NCBI RefSeq assembly: GCF_046119375.1
Contig: NW_027362763.1
Location: 329,468,001 to 329,532,000, forward strand
Direction: 5' to 3'
Length of the DNA: 64,000 nt
DNA from: Phyllobates terribilis
Lineage: Eukaryota
The notes beneath the pieces were generated by a model. The model saw only the letters and a list, made by a program, of their open reading frames with translations, did no database searches and was not told the DNA's origin. Positions 1-12,723 of this stretch are shown here, piece by piece (position 1 is the stretch's first letter; the number at the start of each line of letters is the position of its first letter). Position numbers and translations under genes: made by a program.

Positions 1-359
1 AAATGCTCACAGGTGTGCAATGACATTCGGAGGAGCGCTGTCAGCATATAAACTAGCTCCTTATTCACTGGATGTATATTATTATATATGTATAGAACCA
101 GTAAACATTCTGTACAGAGAAACTGTAAAAAATCATATTTTAATTTTGGTTATATTGCTGATTTAGCAGAATCCCATAATTATATGAGCATACTAGTGAA
201 TCACCATGTTTTATAACTATATCATTTTAAGCCTTTTCTGTGGCAACTGATTTCTTTATATTTCTCTATGGCAGTTTAACAATCATTTTCTTTTCCTGCG
301 ACAAAGCTCAAAATTCTCGGCTTAGACATAGATAACCTGATAACTTGCAGCTGCCACCA

Positions 360-1005
360 GAGCTTACTAATACTACTACTACACCACTATTACTCCTCCT
401 ACTGCTATTACTTACTCCTCCTACTGCTATTACTTACTCCTCCTCCTACTACTACTCATACTCCTCCTACTACTACCATTACTCCTCCTACTACTACTAC
501 TCATACTCCTCCTACTACTACCATTACTCCTCCTACCACTACCACTACTACTGCTACTACTACCATTACTCCTCCTACTACTACTACTCATACTCCTCCT
601 ACTACTACCATTACTCCTCCTCCTACTACTACTCATACTCCTCCTACTACTACCATTACTCCTCCTACTACTACTACTCATACTCCTCCTACTACTACCA
701 TTACTCCTCCTACCACTACCACTACTGCTAGTACTCCTCCTCCTTCTACTATTTCTCCTTCTACTACTAGCTTTACTCCTCCTCCTACTACTACTACAAC
801 TGTTACTCCTCCTCCTACTACTACTACAACTATTACTCCTCCTCCTACTACTACTACTACAACTATTACTCCTCCTCCTCCTACTACTACTACAACTATT
901 ACTCCTCCTACTACTACTACTACTACAACTATTACTCCTCCTCCTCCTACTACTACAACTATTACTCCTCCTCCTAGTACTACTAGTACAACTACTTCTA
1001 CTATT
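360..1005. repeat. TAC/TCC trinucleotide-based low-complexity repeat
   Basis: Continuous (TAC)n/(TCC)n/TACTCC mosaic; it accounts for the Tyr/Ser-only ORFs at 345-731 and 430-681. Confidence 0.95.
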
Positions 1006-1454
1006 ACAGTATTCAGTAAGTTCCTATGCTCCCTCTAGTGTTGGCTGCCTATAGTCAGGGTTTTATATTTCTAATGTCCTTGCTTGAGGTTTGGAGCTCT
1101 GTATCAGAAAAATAAAATAGCAACCACTTGACAGATATAATAGGAAATAAATCAGGAAAGAATGTCAAACCTACATAACTTAATATAAAGTGGTGTTCAA
1201 TTATAGAAATTCTCCTTTTTTGAAGCTCCCGGGTAGGAGGTATTCAGAAAGCTGCTGCTCACATTGTCTCAATTTACTGTCCGTACCAGTGTAGAAAAAC
1301 CAAGGTTATATCTCTGAATAGTATGAGAAACTTCAGTGTCAAATAACTTAGTGGTGGCTAAACAGTGGCTAGCCACCCTGACCATTTAATATCACTAGCT
1401 ACAACAGCCTTTAGCAGTGCCAGGCGCATAAGTCAAAAGGATAATACCAGTCAC

Positions 1455-1509
1455 AATAGAATCATAGAATGTTAGAGCTGGACGGGACCTCCAGGGTCAT
1501 CGGGTCCAA
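1455..1509 (-). mobile_element. CR1 LINE 3' terminal fragment
   Basis: AATAGAATCATAGAATGTTAGAGCTGGACGGGACC is the reverse complement of the CR1 3' end (…GGTCCC…CCA…ATTCTATGATTCT). Confidence 0.75.
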
Positions 1510-2471
1510 TACTCACATATCAGATGGCTATATAAGATTACCAGCCACAATTACACATCCAGTACACACTTATGATCTTGAATCAAATTTCACAACACAA
1601 ACTGCATACATTAGTAAATGAATCTCGTGGATGGAAGGAGGCTGGTGTACTTAATTCAAAAATATGTATGACTGTATAAACCTTTTTTAACATTTTCCTG
1701 CCATCTAGGAAAATGAGCACATAGTTGGAGGTACAACTGAAATCATGAAATGCTCATGTCAATATCAATCTTCTCAAAAAGGAGTGTATAGCTGTTCTGA
1801 CATGGATTTTTAACATAAGTACACCAGCCTCATTTGGCCTGAGAGATCTATTTCATAACGTATGCAGTTTATATAGTGAACTCTGGAGACAGATTGTCTA
1901 CATCCATACTCCCCTACTCCATTCAGAATCTGCAAGTGGCATGTAAAGAATAAAGATCCAACCAGGGGCCAACTTCATTGCATTTTATTCTTCCTGCGCC
2001 GATCACAAAGATGGAGATGTGTAGATGGTTATTGTAGTAAGATAGCAATCTTTTCCTCAAACCGAAAAGGAGTGGGTCCTTCTCCTCCATAACCTTTCTA
2101 CCAGCCGTGGTGATAATGCATTAAACAATGTCTCTTTATACTGCTTCATAATATGATCTTCTTTGCTGCCTGGAAAATGTTATTCTGGTAATTTGACTTT
2201 ACAAAGGCATATGTAGCACCAGGAGTTTAGCCATAATCATATCTTGTATCAATTAACATCATAATAGAACAGACCACTGGAAGACATTCACCAGGACGGC
2301 CGTCCGTCACCATGTGTGGGAGATTCATTACTGTATTAGTGAGGTCAGTTATTGGAGAAGTTTAGGATTGAGAAGAAGAAGGTTTTATATGTATTCATTT
2401 GATCTTACATAATAAGGAACACATTCATTAAAGGCATGGAAAACCTGCTTACAGCCTCAATGATTGGATTT

Positions 2472-2655
2472 GCCACGTTCAGTATTTGGTCAGTATTTTA
2501 CCTCAGTATGTGTAAGTCAAAACCAGGAGAGGAACAATCAGAGGAAAAGTATAATAGAAACACGTCACCACTTCTGTATTTATAACCCACTCCTGGTTTT
2601 GGCTTACAAATACTGATGTAAAATACTGACCAAATACTGAACATGTGAACGTGGA
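2472..2655. mobile_element. small palindromic MITE (Harbinger-like)
   Basis: Inverted arms GCCACGTTCAGTATTTGGTCAGTATTTT … AAAATACTGACCAAATACTGAACATGTGAACGTGG. Confidence 0.7.
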
Positions 2656-2788
2656 CTTAACGCTAGCTCAGACTGGCGTGTAGCCAACATATAACTCGGA
2701 TGAGTGCTATCCAGTGTTATACTATGGAGCATTGCCGACTAGCATTTATTTTCTCATGCCGAGTCTGCATGCTGCAATTGGCAGCATA

Positions 2789-4433
2789 CAGTGGGTACGG
2801 AATTATTCAGACCCTTTAAATTTTTCACTCTTTGTTTCATTGCAGCCATTTGGTAAATTCTAAAAAGTTCATTTTTTTCTCATTAAAGTACACTCTGCAC
2901 CCCATCTTGACTGTAAAAAAACAAATGTAGAAATTTTTGCAAATTTATTAAAAAATAAAAATTTAAATATCACATGGTCATGAGTATTCAGTCCCTTTGC
3001 TCAATATTGAGTAGAAGCACCCTTTTGAGCTAGTACAGCCAAGAGTCTTCTTGAGAATGATGCAACAAGTTTTTCACACCTGGATTTGGGGATCCTCTGC
3101 CATTCTTCCTTGCAGATCCTCTCCAGTTCCGTCAGGTTGGATGGTGAACGTTGGTGGACAGCCATTTTCAGGTCTCCCCAGAGTCAATTGGGTTTAGGTC
3201 AGGGCTCTTGCTGGGCCAGTCAAGAATGGTCACACAGTTGTTCTGAAGCCACTCCTTTGTTATTTTAGCTGTGTGTTTAGGGCCATTGTCTTATTGGAAG
3301 GCGAACCTTTGGCCAAGTCTGAGGTCCAGAGCACTCTGGAAGAGGTTTTCATCCAGGATATCTCTGTACTTGGCCACATTCATGTTTCCTTCAATTGTAA
3401 CTAGTCGTCCTGTCCCTGCAGCTGAAAAACACCCCCATAGCATGATGCTGCCACCACCATGTTTCACTGTTGGGATTGTATTGGGCAGGTGATGAGCAGT
3501 GCCTGGTTTATTCCACACATACAGCTTAGAATTATCACCAAAAAGTTCTATCTTTGTCTCGTCAGACCAGAGAATCTTATTTCTCATAGTCTCGGAGTCC
3601 TTCATGTGTTTTTGAGCAAACTCTATGCGGGCTTTCATATGTCTTGCACTGAGGAGAGGCTTCCGTCAGGCCACTCTGCCATAAAGGCCCGACTGTTGTG
3701 TGGCTGCAGTGATAGTTACTTTGTGGAACTTTCTCCCATCTCCCTACTGCATCTCTGGAGCTCAGCACAGTGATCTTGGGGTTCTTCTTTACCTCTCTCA
3801 CCCTTCTTTATCTCTCTTCTCCCACGATTGGTCAGTTTGACTGGACGGCCAGGTCTTGGAAGACTTCTGGTGGTCCCAAACTTCTTCTATTTAAGGATTA
3901 TGGAGGCCACTGTGCTCTTAGGAACCTTGAGTAATGCAGAAATTCTTTTGGAACCTTGGCCAGATCTGTGCCTTGCCACAATTCTGTCTCTGAGCTCCTT
4001 GGGCAGTTCCTTTGAGCTCATGATTCTCATTTGGTCTGACATGCACTGTGAGCTGTGAGGTCTTATATAGACAGGTGTGTGCTTTTCCAAATCGTGCTTT
4101 TCCAAATCCAGTCCTATCAGTTTAATTAAACACAGCTGGACTCCAATGAAGGAGTAGAACCATCTCAAGGAGGATCACAAGGAAATGGACAGCATGTGAC
4201 TTAAATATGAGTGTCTGAGAAAGGGTCTGAATACTTATAACCATGTTATATTTCAGTTTTTCTTTTTTAATAAATTTGTAAAAATTTCTACATTTCTGTT
4301 TTTTTCAATCAAGATGGGGTGCAGAGTGTACTTTAATGAGAAAAAAAATGAACTTTTTAGAATTTACCAAATGGCTGCAATGAAACAAAGAGTGAAAAAT
4401 TTAAAGGGGTCTGAATACTTTCCGTACCCACTG
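2789..4433 (-). mobile_element. full-length Tc1-family DNA transposon (copy 1)
   Basis: ~210-bp TIRs beginning CAGTGGGTACGG, TA duplicated at 2787-2788 and 4434-4435, internal transposase remnants; inserted into an older MITE. Confidence 0.95.
3001..4030 (-). pseudogene. Tc1 DD34E transposase, disrupted
   Basis: Fragments [48 protein letters not shown] and C-terminal AVLAQKGASTQY* fall in different frames. Confidence 0.9.
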
Positions 4434-5970
4434 TATATCAGACGGCATGCTCCCATACATGTCTATGGGTGCGTATGAAACATCGACTACACTCTGATGT
4501 CATCCGAGTGCAGTGCAATTACCGAGGATGCCGATAATGGAGGAGATGGAGAAATTACTTTCTCCGTCTCCTCTGTACCTGTGCTGCGATCGGGAGAATC
4601 GGAGCACAGTCCACTGACACTGGGATCACGCTTGCAGCAGACTTTGAGCCGAGTGTCAGTAGCATATTGCTTCTGATGCTATACGTTAATGTGACCACGG
4701 CCTTACGGAAAGTTTTGTGACTTTCCTATTTCCTAAAACATCCTCATTCATATGGATGGAACTGGTTATCAAATACAGAAAATTCTGCAATAAAATCTTC
4801 AGAGTGTGAATTCACTCTAAATTCACACCGATCGGGGCCAAAAACTACTTGCCACACCTAGAGCATGCTGAGTTTTGATTAAAATGCAGCTGAGCCCACA
4901 TTGCAACAAATACACTGTAGCCCCGATTCATCTAGACCAGCATTCTTTACGTTGGCCTTGTTGAGGAAGCTTGGTGGAGTGCAAGGCACCTGATTCATTC
5001 CTCTTAATGACTCAGACGAGGCGTGAAGTGGCATGTGCCTCCTTGTGCTCCTCACCTCAAATCTTAGTCCACTCCCGTCATTATGCCACCGCTCATCATG
5101 AATTTGATAAACAGAGGTCGCCAGTCACTGCCTTGTCCCCATCCCTCCCCAGCTCCATTTATTGGCGAAAATAGTGTGAAAAAAACATTTTTGACTAATT
5201 TTGCTGACAAAAAGCAATGAGTGTTTGAAACTACCCCAAGTGTATGTTCACACTGCATCTTGTTCCACTGTTTTTAGGCTGATTTGCAAACAAAAAGGTG
5301 CTAACAAAATGATCAAAAGAATGGACCCATTAATTTGTATGGGACAATGCCTTGCTATTCATATATTCAGACTTTTGATCACCTTTTAAACACTTCAGGC
5401 TTTCAAAGACACCAAGCGCTTAAAAGAAGTAACATGTACATTCTTTTGTTGTTTTCTTCTAAGAAGACGCTAAATGATGCACAATAGACGTAACTGTGAA
5501 GCCCTGGCATTTTTTGAGCATTTTGTCAGCATTTTTGCTTCATTGTTTAATGGATTTTAAAAAAAGGCTGGAAAGCCACAGTAACAACTTGCTTAAATAA
5601 CGCTGAAAAATGCTCACAAAAATGCTGGCGATAAAAAACATCAAAGACGCGCCCAGAAACAACTAAAAAGATGCTTCAGGTTTAAAAAACTACAGAGAAA
5701 AGAAGCAATTCCTAAAGCATCTTCTACTTGAAAAACAAATGTTTTTGACTGCTGGAAAAAATGAACATATCCTATAGGAACATTGGTGGTCGTTTTCCTG
5801 AGTTAGCTTTGCTTGCGGCTTTGCTGTCGTTCCTGCTGGAGGCTTTCACTCTATACTATTAAGTGTAGAGAGTGGACGGCGTCATAGCGGAAGCCACCCA
5901 AGGAATGAGCAGGTCATTTCAATTAATCGCTTCAGGGTTGTTGAGCTGTGAAGCGGTTTAATAACTCTTA

Positions 5971-6174
5971 GGCCACAGCCCCACTATCAGTATTTGATCA
6001 ATATTTTTTCTCAGGAGTGGGAGACAAAACCAAAAGTGGGTGATAAATGCAGAATTGGTGCACTTTTTTCTATTATACCTTTTTTGTGATTGCTCCTCAC
6101 CTGATTTTGGCTCCAACTCCTGAGAAAAAATACTGACCGAATACTGACCAAATACTGATAGTGGGGCCGTGGCC
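5971..6174. mobile_element. palindromic MITE (Harbinger-like)
   Basis: TIRs GGCCACAGCCCCACTATCAGTATTTG … CAAATACTGATAGTGGGGCCGTGGCC, preceded by TTA. Confidence 0.8.
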
Positions 6175-6406
6175 TACGGCTATGTGCACACGCTGTCTTT
6201 TAGACACTGGTGCAGCTGCTGAATCTTCCTTGATGAAACCACTTTGGGAAAATGCCAGCATTCATTTTCATGAAGCGGCATCACTAGCAGCTTGGCCATC
6301 ATTCTTGTGGCGGCTCAGCCACCATAGTCTTTTACTTTATACTGTAAACTATAGAGAGCGGGCAGCTTCCCAGCGGAAGTTGTCTGAATAATTAGTGTGT
6401 CACTTC

Positions 6407-6950
6407 TGTGACGAAATAGCTTCTTATCTTAATCAGACAGACGTCTAGATTTGTTAAGCCAAGAGAAATACACTATTGTGTTTGTGCTGACTTGTGAATG
6501 TATGTGTATTTCTGTGGCTTGACAAGAAGGACATACTCTTATGTGTATAAGCCTGAATGTTAAATTCTCTTGGTTTTGAAACAATGATGTTTGTTACTAT
6601 TCTTATTGCATATTGTACTAAAGCCAGCTAGATGTTGATTTAAAGAGCCCTCCTGCTATACCCACTGTTTAAATTGATTAAATGCACAAACAATGAGACC
6701 TGAGCCCTGTGGAATAATATCATCCCTAATCCTTGACCTGTGGATATGTACTTGAAAGGACAACTGTAGCTATTAAAGGGCATATGCCTCTGTAGCAGTC
6801 AGAATTCAAAGACATCTTGGGTATTTGCTGGGACTGTTCCATGTGTTTATTTTCCGTTTGGTGGTTTAATAAAGGATTGCCACACTGTTTTACCCTCACC
6901 CTGTGTTGTCTGAGTAGTATTACGCCCACGGAAGACCCCGGGTCTTCACA
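6407..6950 (+). mobile_element. solo LTR (544 bp)
   Basis: TGTGACGA…TCTTCACA termini, 5-bp TSD ACTTC at 6402-6406 and 6951-6955, internal AATAAA near 6868. Confidence 0.85.
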
Positions 6951-7270
6951 ACTTCTTTTAACCACTTCAAGGTTTCCAAGCGATTAAAAAAGATGAAATA
7001 CACTGCTTGAAAGTGTGTTTTTCTATAGCTTAAGTTCACACATTGAGGTCACATTATGTTTTTTTTCCAAAATTCGCACAAGCACCATTTTTACTACAAC
7101 TAAAAAAACACACCACAGCCGCAATGTGTGAATGCAGCCTAAGCCAAAAAATCCTTTTAATTGTTATATCATCCATTTAGATGGAAATGTAACTGTTGCT
7201 AATTTGCAGTTGAGAGGTCATTAAAATACAACAAGTATGAACATATTAAGAGTACCTTAAATTATATTAA

Positions 7271-7743
7271 AAAGGACCTGTAACTTGCTCAAACAAATTG
7301 CGATAAATAGCTTATAAAAATCCCTGAGGTCCCATGGTTCGACCTCTTTTCCGGTTTGCACTGCATCACTCTATTGCAGAAATATTCTCATTTTGTTGCT
7401 TTTGGAGTGCAATATTTGAAATTCTCTGCGCTTGAAGCCCAACTGAGAGTTTCTTCAGAGTCTTCTCGTGCAGCTTCACCCCTCTCTCCTACATGCTGCC
7501 AATCACAGCTCAACAGCTGATCTGTGATTGGCAGCATGTGGGGGGAGGCTTGAAAGTGCACGCTAACAGAGAAGACTGAGGAAATGCCCAGTTCAACTAT
7601 AAGAGAGATTTCACATACTACGCTGCAAAATCAACAAATGCAAATATCTTTGCAATGGAGAGAATAAGCGGCAGAATAACGGGGGCTTAGTGATTTTATA
7701 ATGTATTTAACTCAAATTTGTTGAGCAAGTGACAAACCCTCTT
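7271..7743. mobile_element. T2/Kolobok-type MITE
   Basis: TTAA followed by AAAGGACCTGTAACTTGCTCAAACAAATT; matching right arm AATTTGTTGAGCAAGTGACAAACCCT; palindromic centre CATGCTGCCAATCACAG…CTGTGATTGGCAGCATG. Confidence 0.65.
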
Positions 7744-8735
7744 TATATCATTTAAAGGGTTTGTCTGAGCATACAGATTATTAAAACTATTACAAAGTCT
7801 CTGAAAAATAAAGAAACAAAAAACTTTATAATTTACTTGCTGTCAAGGTTCCTGCGTGTTCCTGAGCTTTCTCATGGTGATTGCTCACTTCCTGCTACAA
7901 TCCGTTCAAACCTCTCCTGCTACAATCCGTTCAATAATTCAGCTAATATAGATAACCTCAATTATAAATCAGAAGATAGTAGCAATAAGTTAAAATATCA
8001 ATGTTTTATTTGTTTCTAATAAAAACATATAGAATTATCATCCAAAAAAGTGCACTGTGAATATAAAACTTCAGACAAAAATATATGCAACCTGATTAGG
8101 AAGACAAACAATACTCCTGGATTTATACCTTTATGAGACCAAGTTATTGAGCTGACTGCACAATTTTCTATTAGTATACCCTGTTTCTTACAGGAGGCTC
8201 AAAAACGGCTTACTGATAGTCAATCATTATGCCACAACTCGAGCACTTCTATATGGGGGGTCCTTTCTCTGTATTATTTCTAATTATCAAACGCTCTCAT
8301 TATCTCACTTAATTAAGGGATCTGAGTGAGTAAATATCATACCCCCTTTATTTTTCAGTCAGATTTATACAAAAAACGGTTTGTGAGACACAAAAACACC
8401 ATAGGTCTCAATATGTCATGATTGATACCTTATCAATTATTGCACACTCCTGCTGCTTACCACATTGTCTTAGCAGCCCTCGGTTTATAGTGAAATTGAT
8501 TGATTTGGCATACTGTCAGTTTGTGAGGCACTAAGAAACTATAAACCTCAAAGTACAATGTCATAACTTATACACCATCCTGCTGCTTATCAAACTCTTA
8601 GCAGCCCACGGATTCTAGTGCAATTTGAATAGTTTGGCATAATTAAACCATTTAACCAATTTTTTATATATAGGCAGACTTATCTGTCACGAAGTCTCCT
8701 TCATTGGTGTCAGTGCAGGTTACATCATGCTTCGG

Positions 8736-8767
8736 CTCCCGACGCGTTTCCTTATTCTTCAGGGGAG
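8736..8767 (-). ncRNA. minimal type I hammerhead ribozyme motif
   Basis: Minus strand reads CTCCC-CTGAAGA-ATAAG-GAAA-CGCG-TC-GGGAG: stem I CTCCC/GGGAG, CUGANGA and GAAA cores, palindromic CGCG stem III, GUC cleavage triplet. Stem II is reduced and unpaired. Confidence 0.7.
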
Positions 8768-9534
8768 TTAGTGGATTGCATACACTTTGTATGTTAACTG
8801 CCAGACCTGCCATGTGGTGTGTATTTCCGGTACCCATGTCCCTTCAGTAGATCTCCTACTGTGCATGCATTCGCGGGCGATATTCCAGGTCACTTCCGGT
8901 TTCCCCGTGACGTATATCCCGCCCTTGGAATGCAAGCTCCGAGGTGGAACGCAACTCGTCTCAGAGTTGTTTCCCATATCTCCGGAGCCTGTCTTATCAG
9001 GGTTAGGGTCATGCCTACCACCTCACAAAGCGCACCTGAATTGCAGCATATATTAAGGGGGTTTATTATAGGGTATAGTATGCCCTTAAGATATTTCCCA
9101 ATCCCCAATATACAAAATCATATTCAAAGGTCAGAGGAGACTGTTCCTCCAAGCATGACCTTTCTTATATAAGTATATACAAGTTCCTGCCAATGGCATT
9201 AAACATACACACAAGGATATAGGACTGAAGTGAGGCTTCGGACAGACAAATCACTGAAAAATCAGATATGAATAAAATATATGAGGGTGGGGGCCCTGAG
9301 TTCGCATGTCCGACAATTATCCATGGGTTAGTTTTATACGGAGGAAAATACAGTGAGGGGAAATTTCTTAGGAAAAGATAAGAGGATCTAAACAGTCCCT
9401 TAGTAAATGTCACTTTCCTAAGCTGTCACCTGCATAACGCGGAGGTTGGCACCCTAGGGGATCTACGCAATGGCGCCCCCACTCAACGGCGGCTGTCCCT
9501 AAGATGAATCGTTCCTATTCTTTCACCTACATGC

Positions 9535-10171
9535 TCAAAGGATTGGGATGAAAGACAGTTGTTCATTAAGTCCAGTCGGGTGTACTGTTTGTAGCCAGAA
9601 AATCCATTTGGATTCTTTTTGTAGGATCATTCTATCCCAATCGCCCCTCTCTGGGGGGGGGGATCTTATCGATCCCCACAAATGTTATTTTGTCCGTATT
9701 TGCCCCATGAAAGTTGTTTAAATAGTTGGCGATCGGGGTATTTCTCTTATTCATAGTGTCGCGAATGTGTTCTCTAATTCTCTTTCGAATTTCCCTTTTC
9801 GTCTTTCCAACGTATTCAGCCCCACATTCACATGTTGCTTTATATATTATGCCTACACTTCGACAATTAATGAAATGCCTTATATCATACTCCCTTTTTG
9901 TGTTATTACTCATGAAAACTTTTGTTTGTTTCACCGACCTGCATGCCATACAATCTCCACATCTGTAACAACCCTTCATTTTTGTTTCCAACCATGATAC
10001 CTGAGGAGACTGCTTATAATGGCTATGGACCAATCTATCTCTTAATGATCGACCCTTGCGAAAGGTGATTTGGGGGATGTCATGTATACTCTCATTGATG
10101 TCCGCATCCATCAGTAGAATTGGCCAATGACGTTTGAAGATTTCTCTAATGTCATTAGCACGATTTATTTT
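9535..10171 (-). pseudogene. Penelope-like RT linker plus GIY-YIG endonuclease (C-terminal part only)
   Basis: IREIFKRHWPIL, CYRCGDCMAC linker, GIIY…YVGKT, R..RIREH; continues after a frameshift in the G10 run (9653-9662) as LQKESKWIFWLQTVHPTGLNEQLSFIPIL*. Confidence 0.9.
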
Positions 10172-10769
10172 CTAGTTTGTTATTTACAGCTGGTCTGAGG
10201 AGATCTTTTCAATCTTTTGTCAAGGAGGATTTATATGCCTCTGTCAAAATCGTTTTTTGTATAAATCTGACTGAAAAAAAAGGGGGTACGATGTTTACTC
10301 ACTCGGATCCCTTAATTAAGTGAGATAATGAGAGCGTTTGATAATTAGAAATAATACAGAGAAAGGACCCCCCATATAGAAGTGCTCGAGTTGTGGCATA
10401 ATGATTGACTATCAGTAAGCCGTTTTTGAGCCTCCTGTAAGAAACAGGGTATACTAATAGAAAATTGCGCAGTCAGCTCAATAACTTGGTCTCATAAAGG
10501 TATAAATCCAGGAGTATTGTTTGTCTTCCTAATTAGGTTGCATATATGTATATCTGAGGTTTTATATGCACAGTGCACTTTTTTGGGTGATAATTCTATA
10601 TGTTTTTATTAGAAACAAATAAAACATTGATATTTTAACTTCTTGCTACTATCTTCTTACAATCCGTTCAAACCTCAGCGTACAGAAATTTTCTGCCTCT
10701 GCTTTGGCCGGAACATAATTTGTCACTCAGGCCGATCCCAGCATATAGTAAAGTAAAGCTGTCATTACT

Positions 10770-11470
10770 GAGAAGGGCTTGCTGGATGCAGAGGAGAACG
10801 GAGCTCGCTGCTGAGAATGAGGGAATAGGATGGATGTAGAATAGAATGGTACTGGCTGCTGAGAAGGAGGGGAGGGAGGCTAGATGCAGAAGAGATCGGA
10901 GCAGGCTGCTGAGAAGGAGGGGGAGGTTTAATGCAGAGGAGATCAGAGCTTGTTGATGCTGAGGAGGGAGAGGTTGGATACAGAAGAGAACAGAGCTAGC
11001 TGGTGAGGGGGGATGCACAAGAGATCGGAGCTGGCTGCTGAGGAGGGGGAGGCTGGATGCAGAAGAGATGGGAGCAGGCTGCTGAGACGGAGGGATGGAG
11101 GCTGGATACAGTGGAGATCAGAGCTGGCTGCTGAGGAGGGGGATGCTGGATGCAGAAGAGATCAGAGCAGGCAGCTGAGGAGGGGGAGGCTGGATGCAGA
11201 GGAGGCTGCTGAGAAGGATGGAGGCAGGATGCAGAGATCAGAGCAGGCTGCTGAGAAGGATGGGGAGGTTGGATGCAGAGTAAGTCGGAGCTGGCTGCTG
11301 AAAAGGAGGCGGAAGACTGGATGCAGAGGAGATTGGAGATGGTTGCTAAGAAGGAGCGGGGAGGTTGGATGTAGAGGAGAATAGAGCTGATTGAGAAATA
11401 AGCAAAAAGCAGTTATGACAAGGAAGAGGAAGAACTGCAGAGGAGAAGAGCGACTGGTAACTGTGCTGAA
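10770..11470. repeat. GA-rich minisatellite, ~44-bp unit
   Basis: Repeated GAGCTGGCTGCTGAGGAGGGGGAGGCTGGATGCAGAAGAGATC; boundaries approximate. Confidence 0.85.
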
Positions 11471-11519
11471 GCACTGAGGGGGGGCTGTAATGGAGTTATG
11501 GTGTGGAGGAGGGTGACAG

Positions 11520-12532
11520 GGAACAGGTGGTAGTATTCAGTGCGCAGAGACATGGCCAAGGTAAGGAGACTGAAACCCAACCACCACTGAACAAGACAGA
11601 AGTTGAAATGGCATGACTGGGCCAAGAAATATCTGATGACAGATTTTTGAAAGGTTTTATGGATTGATGAGATGAGAGTGACTCTTGATGGACCAGATGG
11701 ATGGGCCTGTGGCTTGATCAGTAAATGGGCACAGACCTCCACTTCGACTCAGATGCCAGCAAGGTGGAACTGGGGTTACTGCCATGGGCTAGTATTATTA
11801 AACATGAGCTTGTTGGACCTTTTTTGGGTTAAATATGGACTCTCCAACCTTCTGCTAGCTTTTAGAAGACACTTTCTTCAAGCAGTGGTACAAGAAAGTC
11901 TGCTTTTCTTGAGGGAAAAACATGACTTTTATGCAGGACAATGCTTCATCTCATGCATGGAAGTATCACTGCTCGGCTGCCATTAAAGGTGAAAGAATAA
12001 TGTCATGGCCCCTTCCTCACCTGACCTAAACCATATTGAGAACTTATGGGCCCTTCTTAAACTGGAGATTTACGGTGAAGGAAAACAGTACACCTCTGTC
12101 AACAATGTCTGCGAGGCTGTGGATGGTTGTGCCCAAAAAGTTGATCAACAGATAAAGAAACTGACAGTCTCCATGAATGGACGGCAGCTTATAACTGTTA
12201 TTGAAAAATAAGGTGGCTATATTGATCACTGATATTTTTTTTGAAATGTCAAAAATGTATTTTTGAACATTTCGAGTTGTATAACAGTTAAAAACAAACA
12301 ATTGAGATGGGAAAATTTAAATTTTTCATTTAGTAGCATAACAATTCTGCATATAAATCGTTGCCCAATATTTATGCACTGATAGATATTTTCCTAAGAA
12401 AGACAAAACCTCACTTCTACTTTCAGAAATATTCAGGTTTATCAACCTTTTGAATTCACTGACAGAACTGTAGTTGTTCAGTAATAAAATGAATCATCAA
12501 AAATACAAATTGCCTAATAATTGTGCACACTG
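11520..12532 (+). mobile_element. 5'-truncated Tc1/Tc3-like transposon remnant (DGPDG type)
   Basis: Degenerate WIDEMRVTLDGPDGW and PSSPDLNHIENLW motifs; right end …GCCTAATAATTGTGCACACTG followed by TA. Confidence 0.8.
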
Positions 12533-12670
12533 TATAGCAGTTTGAAAAACATGGTCTGTGAGTGCAGTGGGTGGGCCACAGATCAGCAGCCAACTAGACA
12601 CAGTAGGTGGGCAGCGAAGATGGGAGATAGAGATGTGTGTGATGCAATGCATCATGGTAAATGCTTAATT

Positions 12671-12723
12671 CTAAAGTGCTGCGGAATATGTTAGTGCTAT
12701 ATCAATAAAAAATATTATTATTA
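12671..12723 (+). mobile_element. L2 LINE 3' tail
   Basis: TAAAGTGCTGCGGAATATGTTAGTGCTATATCAATAAA…(TTA)n; same motif as at 34820-34872. Confidence 0.65.

Larger units (their letters stand above)
7935..10657 (-). mobile_element. 5'-truncated Penelope-like element (Neptune-like) with inverted terminal arm
   Basis: GIY-YIG ORF end, hammerhead motif, ~415-bp inverted repeat (7971-~8385 vs ~10243-10657), flanked by the 14-bp direct repeat TACAATCCGTTCAA (7921-7934, 10658-10671). Confidence 0.85.

Noticed and set aside
345-731. Tyr/Ser-rich ORF with a hydrophobic N-terminus resembling a secreted protein
   Set aside because: It is entirely the translation of a trinucleotide repeat and starts at a non-ATG codon.
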